NCBI GenBank assembly: GCA_028688815.1
Contig: JAQTXJ010000002.1
Coordinates: 21,485-85,484, forward strand
Direction: 5' to 3'
DNA: 64,000 nt
Source: a bacterium
GTDB taxonomy: Bacteria; Hydrothermota; UBA3073; JACQXS01; JAQTXJ01
Below the pieces are notes generated by a model, which did no database searches, had not been told where the DNA came from, and was given only the letters and a program-made list of their open reading frames with translations. Within the stretch, counting starts at the first letter, position 1. Every line of letters begins with the position of its first letter. This document shows, piece by piece, positions 29,986 through 39,508 of this stretch. Made by a program: the position numbers and the translations under genes.

Positions 29986-32460
29986 CTACATATCAGATAG
30001 TTTTGATATTTCTGTCATTACGCCCGGGACGTCTTTATTTGTAGGGTCAAGCGCAATAAACTTATGCCAGGCTATTATTGCTTTATCGTAATCGTTCTTT
30101 TGTCTTAAAAGTATTCCGAAATTAAAATATGCAGTTGCTAAAATAGGGTTATATTCAAGCGCCAACGAAAGGCTGTATTCTGCGCTTTTAAAATCCTTGT
30201 TGGTATAGTATTTTGCAGCCAATGAAAGCAAAGTATTTGCTCTTTGAACCATATCATATTTATTCAGCAAAGGGATAAGCATATCTTTTGCATTAAGATT
30301 CGGAGCTATTGAAAAAGCTTTTTTCAATGTCCTTAATGCTTCTTCTTCGTCATTTTTCATTGCATATTTTGCATACAATAAAAGGGCATCGGGGTAATCG
30401 GGATATTTTGCAAGCACTTCTTTGATTATGTATCCCGGGTTGTTGCGATTTTCTTCAAACATATTCGTAACCCATTCAAAACCGTTTATGTCCATAAAAT
30501 TTGGTTGATTCGTGTCGGAGATAGTATTAGTTCTGTTTGTTAAAAGGTAAAGATTATACCATATTATAGGGTCGTATCTTGAAAGGATAAGAGTTTTTTC
30601 GAAAGTACGAAGTGCTTCTTTTGTATTTTTTTGTCCCGCATACCATATGCCAAGTTCATTGTTTAATGCGGCATCGTCCGGCAAATAATGTATTCCCTGT
30701 ATAAGCGTTTGAGAAACCTTATCGGGTAAATTCTCTTTTCTGTATAAAGAAGAAAGTTTTGAATATACCGAAGAATAACGCGGTTCAAGTTTTAAGGCGC
30801 ATACGAAAGAAGATTCTGCTGCGCTAAAATTTCCCATACTTTGATATACGTTTCCCAAATTATAATAAAGCGCTTCGTGAAAAGGGAGAAGAGAAATTGA
30901 TTTGTTAAAATATTCGATTGCTTTTTTATATTCGCCTTGTTTGTAGGCAATTTGTCCCATATCCGAATATATAGTATGGGATAAGGTGCTGAATTTTATA
31001 GACTTCTGATAATAAGTAAGCGCGGATTCTTTATTTTTATTCGTGGTCAATGTAGCTTTGGTTACATAAATATCGCTCATTAAAGTGCGAAATCCTTTTG
31101 AAATAAAAAACAAAGAAATAAGGCAAATACATAATGTAAAAAATTGTTTGTATAGTTTGATTTTTCTGCCATCGGATGGTGAATTCGTCTCAACGAGAAA
31201 AGCGGTTTTCTTTTCGCAGGTAAGACCAATCAGAACAAAAAATATTGCTCCTACAACAGTCCACTCGCTAAAAGGAATATCAATTAAACTGTTTATGAAA
31301 ATGCCTACCACACCTGCAAATACTCCCATTGCAAGCAACCTGTCAAAACTGTGCGTTTCTTTGAGTGTATGTTTGAAAGAAGACATTAAACCTATTATAA
31401 AGAGCAAAAACAACCCTATCCCAAGAATGCCCGTATCTACAAGAATTGTAAGATATTCGTTTTCAGGGTAACCGGGATTTCTTAATATAAAATTGGGATT
31501 GGCAAGCCATAACTTGTCGTATTTTTCTTTGGTTTCTATTTTACTCAGGTATTTATTGCTATAATAAAGAAAGCCATTAGGACCAAAACCTGTCAGTGGT
31601 TTGTCTTTTGCCATACTGAAAGATGTCTCCCACAAAAGAGTTCTTGCTATGGCTCCCGTTGGCTCGCCCATAATTTTGCCACGCTTGGTTAGGACAAAAA
31701 GGGAAGTTATTACAAGGATACCTGCTAAAACAAAGAACAGGTTTTTCTTATATAATTTAATTTTATTTCTTGTCTTACTGTCAAGCACGTTTGTAAAAAA
31801 GATTATAGTAATAATAACGGCAATTAAAAAACTAATCCAGCTTCCCCAGGAATTTGTAAAAAGAAGGCAGGAAAACCCAAGCAGGAAAACTACTAAAGAT
31901 ATGTTTCTAAGTATTGTTTTTGTTTCGCTTAGGCTTAGAATCATACTTACCGGTAAAAACAAAAGGCTATAGCTTGCCAATGCGTTTGGATTACCGAGGG
32001 AGGAAAACACTCTTTTCCCAAATCCTTTTTCCCAATGTAGTTGTTCCCAGTTAATATGAATAACGTTTATATACTGTAATACTCCAATGAGGCTGACTAT
32101 TCCGAAACCGGCAAGGGCAGAAAATATAACAAATCTTTTATTGCCTGTAAAATTAACAGCGGAAAGGAATAGAATAAAATAAGTAAGCAAAAGGTATGTC
32201 CGTTCAAGCCCGTAGTATTTATTCGGGTTAAAGCATAATAAAGTAAAGTTCAATATCAAAAATAATCCCCAGAATAAAAGCGGAGTAGAAAGCATAAATT
32301 CTTTTTTTTCGCGGGATAAAAATGCCAGTAGCATAAACGGGATAAGAAACCAGATTATTATTTGTTTTGGGATGCCATACCCCTCGTAAAAAGATGGAAT
32401 AACCAGAAGAGGGGGGATAACAAAAAACAAAGCGAAACAAATATCCTGCAGTTTTTTCAT
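29986..32460 (-). CDS. O-antigen ligase / Wzy_C-like polytopic membrane protein fused to C-terminal TPR repeats
   Basis: About 10 TM helices plus the NEYLTILVDTGILG (Wzy_C HNxYL-like) loop. About 350 aa of TPR repeats at the C-terminus. Confidence 0.55.
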   Translation of the reverse strand: MKKLQDICFALFFVIPPLLVIPSFYEGYGIPKQIIIWFLIPFMLLAFLSREKKEFMLSTPLLFWGLFLILNFTLLCFNPNKYYGLERTYLLLTYFILFLSAVNFTGNKRFVIFSALAGFGIVSLIGVLQYINVIHINWEQLHWEKGFGKRVFSSLGNPNALASYSLLFLPVSMILSLSETKTILRNISLVVFLLGFSCLLFTNSWGSWISFLIAVIITIIFFTNVLDSKTRNKIKLYKKNLFFVLAGILVITSLFVLTKRGKIMGEPTGAIARTLLWETSFSMAKDKPLTGFGPNGFLYYSNKYLSKIETKEKYDKLWLANPNFILRNPGYPENEYLTILVDTGILGIGLFLLFIIGLMSSFKHTLKETHSFDRLLAMGVFAGVVGIFINSLIDIPFSEWTVVGAIFFVLIGLTCEKKTAFLVETNSPSDGRKIKLYKQFFTLCICLISLFFISKGFRTLMSDIYVTKATLTTNKNKESALTYYQKSIKFSTLSHTIYSDMGQIAYKQGEYKKAIEYFNKSISLLPFHEALYYNLGNVYQSMGNFSAAESSFVCALKLEPRYSSVYSKLSSLYRKENLPDKVSQTLIQGIHYLPDDAALNNELGIWYAGQKNTKEALRTFEKTLILSRYDPIIWYNLYLLTNRTNTISDTNQPNFMDINGFEWVTNMFEENRNNPGYIIKEVLAKYPDYPDALLLYAKYAMKNDEEEALRTLKKAFSIAPNLNAKDMLIPLLNKYDMVQRANTLLSLAAKYYTNKDFKSAEYSLSLALEYNPILATAYFNFGILLRQKNDYDKAIIAWHKFIALDPTNKDVPGVMTEISKLSDM

Positions 32461-32621
32461 AATGTGTTAATCTAATGGAACGGTATTCATTATAATTATA
32501 GTGCTAAATTAACAACTAAACACGTTTATTTTCATAAGACAAATTTAACAACTTGTCAAGCTGTTGTTATCGTCGTTTGCTTTATGTTTGCCTTGATATA
32601 ATTATAGATACTTCTTAAAAA

Positions 32622-32712
32622 CAAAAGCCCTTCTGTGTTTAGCAAAAGGGCTTCCTTTTTAGTTGGACTTTGCGATGTAGTCGCTTAGACCAACTTATCC
32701 AGCTCAGCTGGA
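32622..32712. repeat. Intergenic repeat family B copy (hairpin tatccagc-tca-gctggata) with flanking ttagttggactttgcga module
   Basis: Shares the ccagctc(t/a)gctgg hairpin core with 4112-4162, 55069-55118 and 56776-56830. The ttagttggactttgcga module recurs at 34460-34495. Confidence 0.55.
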
Positions 32713-32715
32713 TAT

Positions 32716-34371
32716 TTATTTTATGTAAGATATCTTTATTATTTTTATCGGTTTAACGTGCCTATCGGCAGTCAAGTAATCATTTACCTTCACAAAATAA
32801 ATCCCCGTTTTCAATTTCTCACCTATAGATATTTGGGTTATTGAGTTATTAGGTGATGGAACATTCTGCCATGGCGGTGATTGAGTAATTGAGTGAGTTT
32901 CTACTAATTTCCCACTTATATCATAAATCCGTATTTTCGTTTTACTGGCCACTGACCACTGTCCACTGACCACTGTCTTTTGCGCAAATGGATTAGGAAA
33001 TGCTTTTAATTCCCCAATCCCCAATCCCCAATCCAAATTTGATGGTTCTTCTATCCCTACTGTAGAATATTTTATCGTCACATAGTCATCACCAGAGGAG
33101 GAACTGGCACTACTTCCAGTTACATACACATATCCCTTGTTATCCACTGCAATTGCGTATGCATTATCATCCCAATTACTTGGTCCATTATATCTCTGTA
33201 CCCATTCTTCACTCCCTGAACTGCTGTATTTTATCGTTGCATAGTCGGGATAATAAGTTCCGGTATCACAACTTCTTCCTGTCACATATACATTCTCACT
33301 GTTATCTACTGCAATTGCATTTGCCCAATCATAACTGTTACCAGGTCCATTATATCTTCTAACCCACACCGTATCTCCTGAACTGTTATATTTTATTGTT
33401 GCATAGTCAGGGTTAGTGTCTGAACTATAACTTCTTCCCGTTACATACACATTACCGCTGTTGTCTATAGCAAGCGCAGTCGCTTCGTCCTTACCAGTAC
33501 TGTCCGGGCCATGATATTTTCGGGTCCACATCGTATCCCCTGAATTGTTATATTTTATGGTTACGTAACTACTATCTGTTCCCCAATGACCTCCTGTTAC
33601 ATACACATTTCCACTAATGTCCACTGCTATTGCTGCTCCCCCTCCTCCATATGTTAGTGGCACTGCTTTTGTCTTGTCATAACCCTTTACTATTCCGTTA
33701 TATACCCTAACCCACATTGTATCCCCGAAACTATTATATTTTATTGTCGCATAATCATAGCCTCCCTTGCCATTGTTTCGTCCTGTTGTATACACATTCC
33801 CATCGTTATCAATTGTAATTGCATACATTTCTCCAAATCTTTTAACCCACATTGTATTTCCCAGACTATCATATTTTATTGTTGAATAACCTGTCACATA
33901 TACATTTCCACTACTGTCAACTGTAATTGCATGTGCTACATCATAAGTGCTTCCACTATAGTTATATCTCCTGACCCACATCGTATCTCCTGAACTATTA
34001 TATTTTATTGTTGCATAATCATAACCAGTCCCATTCCCATAACTCTCGCCTGTTACATACACATTTCCACTTTTATCAACTGCAATCGCATATGCATCAT
34101 CGTCACTATTGCTGGGACTATTATTATATCTTCTAACCCACACCGTATCTCCGAAACTATTATATTTTATCGTTGCATAGTCAGCACTTGTAATTGTATC
34201 CCAACTTGTCCCTGTTACGTAGATATATCCGCTGTCATCTATTACCATCGCAAACGCATGGTCATAGTACGGATATCCAACCCTATCATACCTCGCTACC
34301 CACATTTCATTTTGTGCAAAAATCTGTAAAGGTAATATAAATCCTATAAAAATTAGCATTTTTTTAATCAT
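32716..34371 (-). CDS. SBBP (beta-propeller) repeat protein with T9SS type-A C-terminal sorting domain
   Basis: Ten or more YVTG…DYATIKYNSSGDTMWVRRYN repeats. C-terminal FPNPF…IRIYDISGKLVET…GIYFVKV. Start moved to MIKKMLIFIGF, preceded by a GGGGGAAGG SD site; the upstream part of the ORF is repeat DNA. Confidence 0.6.
   Translation of the reverse strand: MIKKMLIFIGFILPLQIFAQNEMWVARYDRVGYPYYDHAFAMVIDDSGYIYVTGTSWDTITSADYATIKYNSFGDTVWVRRYNNSPSNSDDDAYAIAVDKSGNVYVTGESYGNGTGYDYATIKYNSSGDTMWVRRYNYSGSTYDVAHAITVDSSGNVYVTGYSTIKYDSLGNTMWVKRFGEMYAITIDNDGNVYTTGRNNGKGGYDYATIKYNSFGDTMWVRVYNGIVKGYDKTKAVPLTYGGGGAAIAVDISGNVYVTGGHWGTDSSYVTIKYNNSGDTMWTRKYHGPDSTGKDEATALAIDNSGNVYVTGRSYSSDTNPDYATIKYNSSGDTVWVRRYNGPGNSYDWANAIAVDNSENVYVTGRSCDTGTYYPDYATIKYSSSGSEEWVQRYNGPSNWDDNAYAIAVDNKGYVYVTGSSASSSSGDDYVTIKYSTVGIEEPSNLDWGLGIGELKAFPNPFAQKTVVSGQWSVASKTKIRIYDISGKLVETHSITQSPPWQNVPSPNNSITQISIGEKLKTGIYFVKVNDYLTADRHVKPIKIIKISYIK
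32948..33034 (-). repeat. Two in-frame heptanucleotide tandem-repeat tracts (CAGTGGN x4; GGGGATT x3) within the CDS
   Basis: Plus strand shows ggccactgaccactgtccactgaccactgtc (32948-32978) and ccccaatccccaatccccaatcc (33012-33034), encoding …WGLGIGE…VVSGQWSVAS… immediately flanking the NPF start of the CTD. Confidence 0.7.
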
Positions 34372-34744
34372 CCTTCCCCCTTTTTCCCTCTGCGCCTCTG
34401 TAGTGTTGTCATTCTGAGGCGAAGACGAAGAATCTCTCTGCTTTCTATTGAAATTCTCTTTAGTTGGACTTTGCGACACAGGAGCATTAGTCCAATTTAT
34501 AAAGCCTGCGAGATATGTCAAGAAAAAAGGAATAGGTTCAGATTAATTATAATAAGGCAAAATATTAGTTATATATTTGATGTTGGGATAAGGGTTTGTA
34601 GACTTATGATTATGTCGGCATTATATGTAGACTCTAAATATTCTAAGACTATATGGTAAAATTATTTTACTTAAATAAAAAGGGATAAGCTACAATAGAG
34701 ATTATTCTTGACATATTGCCAGTATAAGCTTAAATATAAAGAAT

Positions 34745-35119
34745 ATGGGAATTCGCGAAAAACTGAAATATGCGTTTGCAGTTCAACCGGAAGAAGATGC
34801 TTTAACTCCCGAAGAAGAGGGAATGTTAGACAATCTTGCAATCGGGATAAGAAAACGCAGGTTTGACGTTATCGCAATTACGTTTCTTGAATCCGTTAAA
34901 TACTTGAATTTTATCGGTTCGCAGGCAATGTTATTTTTTGAACCTATAATAGATAGCGTATTCCCGAACGAGATGTATCCCAAAATAAGAAAAATATTGG
35001 AAAAAAGATGCAGCATTGAGTATTTAATTCAAAAAATAGAAAGTTTAGAAATAAGTCAAAAAAAGCAAAATAGCGAAGGAGTAATAAAAAATGGAACTAA
35101 AAACAATACTTGCAACTGA
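34745..35119 (+). CDS. Hypothetical protein (overlaps start of downstream ASKHA gene by 29 nt)
   Basis: 124-aa ORF with no recognisable motif. Apparently translationally coupled to 35091-36863. Confidence 0.3.
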   Translation: MGIREKLKYAFAVQPEEDALTPEEEGMLDNLAIGIRKRRFDVIAITFLESVKYLNFIGSQAMLFFEPIIDSVFPNEMYPKIRKILEKRCSIEYLIQKIESLEISQKKQNSEGVIKNGTKNNTCN

Positions 35120-36863
35120 TTGCGGCAGCACAACTACCAAAGCCATCCTTATAGAAAAAATAGGAGACGAATACAGGTTGGCATTCAGAGGAGAAGCTCC
35201 TACAACGGTGGAAGCGCCTTTTGAAGATGTTACCCGTGGCGCGCTTAATTCAATAAGAGAAATAGAAGAACTTGCCGGCAAGAAAATTCTTGATGGCGAA
35301 AAAATTATAAAACCCCGTAAATCCGATAAAGAAGGCGTAGATATATATGTTTCTACTTCATCGGCAGGCGGAGGGTTACAGATGATGGTAGCTGGAGTGG
35401 TAAAATCAATGACTGCCGAATCGGCGTCCCGTGCAGCGCTTGGTGCGGGGGCAATAGTTATGGAAACAATCGCATCAAACGATGGAAGGTTGCCACACCA
35501 GAGAATAGAAATAATGAGACAATTAAGACCGGATATGATATTACTTTCAGGCGGTATAGATGGCGGGACGGTTTCTCACGTGGTAGAATTGGCAGAACTT
35601 ATCGGAGCGGCAGAACCAAGACCGAGATTTGGAGTAACTTATTCTTTGCCGGTTATATATGCGGGAAATAAAAACGCAAGAGAAGAAATCAAAAAAGTTC
35701 TTGAAACTAAAGCAGCATTATCAATAGTAGATAATCTCAGACCCGTTCTTGAACGTGAAAATCTCATACCTGCAAGAAATGCAATACACGATTTGTTTAT
35801 GGAACATGTTATGGCGCATGCTCCCGGGTATAAAAAATTAATGGAATGGACAGATACAGCAATAATGCCAACTCCGGGCGCAGTAGGCTCACTTGTTGAA
35901 CTTGTTGGAAAGAAACAGGGTATAAATGTATTGGGAGTTGATATAGGCGGTGCAACTACGGATGTATTTTCGGTATTTGAAACCGTATTTAACCGTACGG
36001 TATCCGCTAATCTTGGAATGAGTTATTCCATATCAAATGTTTTAGCTGAAACCGGAACGGATAATATATCAAGATGGATACCTTTTGATTTACCTGAAAA
36101 GGAATTACGCAACAGGATAAGAAATAAAATGATAAGACCGACAACCATTCCACAGACTCTTGATGACCTTAAAATGGAACAGGCAATTGCTCGTGAAGCC
36201 ATAAGATTGGCATTTGAACATCATAAAACTATGGCAGTAGGATTAAAAGGCGTCCAGCAGATAAGAACAATTTCAGATACTTTTGCTCAGAAAGGCACGG
36301 GTGAATCACTAATTAATATGATGGACCTTGATATGATAATCGGTTCAGGGGGAGTTTTATCCCATGCGCCTAAGAGAGTTCAGTCTGCCCTTATGATGAT
36401 AGATTCATTTTTACCGGAAGGCTTGACAAAATTAACGGTGGATTCTATTTTTATGATGCCTCATTTAGGCGTATTAGCAACGGTTAATGAAAAAGCGGCG
36501 GTAGAAGTATTTGATAAGGATTGTCTCATAAGGCTTGGAACATGTATAGCTCCTATTGGAACGGCAAAAGAGGAAGCTCTTTGTGTGCAGGTGAAGATAG
36601 GGAATGAAGAAGTTAAAGTTTTATTTGGGGAAATTGTACTTATGCCTTTTACCGGGGAAAAAGAAGTTGAAATTACACCGGCTAAGGGGTTTGATGTAGG
36701 TGCCGGCCATGGTAAAAAACTTGTAGCTACGATTGAAGGCGGAGAAGTAGGGCTTATTATAGATGCAAGAGGAAGACCTTTAGTTCTGCCTACGGATAAG
36801 AACAAGAGAATAGAAAAGCTAAACAAGTGGTATAACGCGCTTGGGCTTTACAAATATTCGTAA
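35091..36863 (+). CDS. ASKHA-fold ATPase-like protein, glutamate-mutase-L (MutL/GlmL)/EutA-like family
   Basis: GAAGGAG SD site. N-terminal LATDCGSTTTKAILI phosphate-1 motif. SSAGGGLQMMVAGVV…AESASRAALGAGA and GGIDGGT motifs recall GlmL-type proteins. 590 aa. Confidence 0.45.
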   Translation: MELKTILATDCGSTTTKAILIEKIGDEYRLAFRGEAPTTVEAPFEDVTRGALNSIREIEELAGKKILDGEKIIKPRKSDKEGVDIYVSTSSAGGGLQMMVAGVVKSMTAESASRAALGAGAIVMETIASNDGRLPHQRIEIMRQLRPDMILLSGGIDGGTVSHVVELAELIGAAEPRPRFGVTYSLPVIYAGNKNAREEIKKVLETKAALSIVDNLRPVLERENLIPARNAIHDLFMEHVMAHAPGYKKLMEWTDTAIMPTPGAVGSLVELVGKKQGINVLGVDIGGATTDVFSVFETVFNRTVSANLGMSYSISNVLAETGTDNISRWIPFDLPEKELRNRIRNKMIRPTTIPQTLDDLKMEQAIAREAIRLAFEHHKTMAVGLKGVQQIRTISDTFAQKGTGESLINMMDLDMIIGSGGVLSHAPKRVQSALMMIDSFLPEGLTKLTVDSIFMMPHLGVLATVNEKAAVEVFDKDCLIRLGTCIAPIGTAKEEALCVQVKIGNEEVKVLFGEIVLMPFTGEKEVEITPAKGFDVGAGHGKKLVATIEGGEVGLIIDARGRPLVLPTDKNKRIEKLNKWYNALGLYKYS

Positions 36864-36954
36864 AGACAGACAGGAATGTCTGTCCTACCGCTGCTATAAA
36901 CAAAGATAAGGTAAGTATTCTTGTTTAATTCTTTATTTTAAGAGGAACTCGACA

Positions 36955-38031
36955 TTAGTTATTTACTTTCATTTCATACCACTGCTTAAACTCTTTTACT
37001 CCATTTGCAATATCCGTTGCGATTTTTGACTTAAACTCATCTGTTTTCATTCTTTTCTCTATTTCCGGATTGGATATAAATTCAATTTCTACAAGGCAAG
37101 CAGGCATATAAACTTTACGCAGCACACAGAAATTAGCCTGTAATACGCCGCGATTAATTATATTGTTAGATTTCGATATGCCGTCTACGAGTTTGCCTGC
37201 AAGTGTATTAGATTCCTTAAGAAATTCCGTTTGAGCCAAATCCCATAATATAGACTGCAATTCGCTGCGTTCTTCTTTATTTTCATATTGTAAAGATGCG
37301 TTTTCTCTTGCTTCAACGGCTCTTGCCCAGGTTGTTTTGGCGGGAGATAAGAAATATATTTCCGTACCTGTTGCGCTTCTGCGTTTTCCGGCATTACAAT
37401 GTATGGATAAAAATAAAGAAGCTTCAACGTCATTTGCGATTTTAGCTCTTTTCCCAAGAGATATAAAAGTATCTATTTCGCGGGTGAGAATACAATCAAT
37501 AGCGTTTTCGGATGATAACTTTTCTGCAACAATTTTTGCAACATCAAGGGTTACCAGTTTTTCCTGTAATCCTGCATATCCGACGGCACCCGGATCTTTT
37601 CCCCCATGTCCGGCATCTATTATAACCCTTTTTATGTGTCTTCCTTCTTCGCCATAAAGTACAATGTAATTGCCTGCAATGGAAACGGTTTTATCCAGAA
37701 AATATTTGCATAATTCATTTAAAATAGGCAAAGGGATATAAAGATTTTTGTCAATAACCTGCGGGGAAAGGGGAGAATTAACAACCTCGTTCCCAATTTT
37801 AATCCAGGGGTTATTGTTAACCAAAGTAATGTTTTTATTCTGATATGTTACTATATATTTTTGGAAAGTAGAGTCCAGCGATATGTCAAAATTAAGTGCC
37901 GGTTGGAAACTTGTTAGTTTAAAATACGAAAATTTCTCAATAGCTTTATTGTCTATTGGGTATGAGTTATTCTCATATTTAAAGGTAAAAGAAGAGTTTA
38001 TAACAAGAAGCAATATTAGTTTTATGCACAT
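36955..38031 (-). CDS. N-acetylmuramoyl-L-alanine amidase (Amidase_3, AmiC-like)
   Basis: VIIDAGHGGKDPGAVG…SIHCNAG zinc-amidase motifs. The N-terminal domain probably targets the enzyme. Confidence 0.8.
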   Translation of the reverse strand: MCIKLILLLVINSSFTFKYENNSYPIDNKAIEKFSYFKLTSFQPALNFDISLDSTFQKYIVTYQNKNITLVNNNPWIKIGNEVVNSPLSPQVIDKNLYIPLPILNELCKYFLDKTVSIAGNYIVLYGEEGRHIKRVIIDAGHGGKDPGAVGYAGLQEKLVTLDVAKIVAEKLSSENAIDCILTREIDTFISLGKRAKIANDVEASLFLSIHCNAGKRRSATGTEIYFLSPAKTTWARAVEARENASLQYENKEERSELQSILWDLAQTEFLKESNTLAGKLVDGISKSNNIINRGVLQANFCVLRKVYMPACLVEIEFISNPEIEKRMKTDEFKSKIATDIANGVKEFKQWYEMKVNN

Positions 38032-39506
38032 AGTTTTTTTAAGGCATTGTTGCCATATTCAATTACTTCCTGGTTACCTATTTGCTTTGCAATTCTGATG
38101 CCAGATTCTATAAATTTTTTAGCATCACTGTTACGATTTGATGTCCCATCTTTGTTTCTTTGCAAAGAAGTTTTATTTTGTATTTGGAGAGATTTAATTA
38201 TGCCGATATTTATAAGTATATTGGCTTCAATTGCTTTTGCACCTATTTCTTTTGCTATGTTTAACGCTAAATTATGATGATTAAGAGCTAATTTAAGGTT
38301 GCCTAATTTTTGATATATCATTCCGATTTCATCTAATGAGTTGGCGATTCCCCATTTTTCACCTAATTCCTGTTTTATTTCAAGGGCATGTTTTTGATAT
38401 TCAAGTGCTTTAGTGTATTGTTCGAGTTTATAATAAGCATTCCCAATATTTGTTAGACAGAAAGCTATTTCAGATTTGTCCGATATTTCATCAAACACCT
38501 TAAAGGCTTTTTCAAAATAAGATAATGCCGTTTGGTAATTTCCCATCAAATTATATGCAATACCAATGTTTTCAAAATTGCCGGCAATTCCCCGTTTATT
38601 TTTTTGCTCTGTTTCAATACAAAGAGCTTCATTATAATACTTTAATGCTTGTTCATAATTCCCTCTGTTATCGTATATAATGCCAATATTTCCTAATGTG
38701 GCGGCCATAATGTGTTTATCTTTAATTTTCTTACTTGCATTAAGGGCTTTCTGATAAAAAGAAATCGCAGTCTCGGAATTTCCCATATCATCATAAACTA
38801 CACCAATCTTGTTGAAAAGACTGGCAATTATTTTGTAGTCTTTCTTGCTCGTTTTATTAGAGTGTCTGCCGGTGGTTAAAATATTCATAGCTTTTTCATA
38901 ATAAGAAAGAGTTTTTTCATATTTCCCTTGTCTCCTGAAAACACTTCCTATGTTAGATAAGGACATTGCTTCGCAGTACTTATTTTTAATAATTTTAGAT
39001 AATTTTAATGCTCTTTCATAATCTTTAAGCGCTTCTTTATAGTTTCCAAAGAACTGTCTATGGACAGTCCCGCGATTGGATAGAAGATTTATTTTTAATT
39101 CAATATTTTTCCATAAAAGGCTTTCGAGAGAGGTTTCGGACAAATTATCATCAAGCAAAGATAAAGCCTGGGTATAGTAATCCATAGCTTCTTTCCCTGC
39201 ATACATTTTTTCTGCCTGTTCCCCTGCTTTGCAAAGATAATATAATGCTTTTTTCTTATCCGTGGAGTTTGAGTAATGATAAGCTAATAAGCCATAAAAC
39301 TTTTCAAGTTCGTTTTTGTGGTCTGTTTCTATGCAAAGGGCTATTTTGCCATGTAATTGACTCCTTCTTTTCAATAATAAACTATTATAAGCAACTTCTT
39401 GAGTTAACGGATGCTTAAATATATAATCACCGTCGTGAGGAGATATTCTATTTGCTTGAGATCTTTTCCGCGGGATGTTGCTTCGCTCTATTTTTTTGTT
39501 TTTCAT
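38022..39506 (-). CDS. TPR-repeat sensor half of a STAND-type signalling protein (continuation of 39509-41539 in another frame)
   Basis: N-terminus DYIFKHPLTQEVAYNSLLLKRRSQLHGKIA is the conserved winged-helix segment that follows the NTPase in cyclase/STAND proteins. Ten or more TPRs follow. Confidence 0.6.
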   Translation of the reverse strand: MKNKKIERSNIPRKRSQANRISPHDGDYIFKHPLTQEVAYNSLLLKRRSQLHGKIALCIETDHKNELEKFYGLLAYHYSNSTDKKKALYYLCKAGEQAEKMYAGKEAMDYYTQALSLLDDNLSETSLESLLWKNIELKINLLSNRGTVHRQFFGNYKEALKDYERALKLSKIIKNKYCEAMSLSNIGSVFRRQGKYEKTLSYYEKAMNILTTGRHSNKTSKKDYKIIASLFNKIGVVYDDMGNSETAISFYQKALNASKKIKDKHIMAATLGNIGIIYDNRGNYEQALKYYNEALCIETEQKNKRGIAGNFENIGIAYNLMGNYQTALSYFEKAFKVFDEISDKSEIAFCLTNIGNAYYKLEQYTKALEYQKHALEIKQELGEKWGIANSLDEIGMIYQKLGNLKLALNHHNLALNIAKEIGAKAIEANILINIGIIKSLQIQNKTSLQRNKDGTSNRNSDAKKFIESGIRIAKQIGNQEVIEYGNNALKKLCA

Positions 39507-39508
39507 TT

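Noticed and set aside
31085-31972. Two plus-strand ORFs (128 and 123 aa)
   Set aside because: They are antisense to the O-antigen-ligase-like membrane gene. The mirror image of a hydrophobic membrane protein produces spurious ORFs.
34372-34521. N-terminal 50 codons of the SBBP ORF as listed
   Set aside because: The region contains a family B repeat fragment (34460-34495) and lacks an RBS. The Met at 34371 has a GGGGGAAGG SD site and begins a signal peptide.
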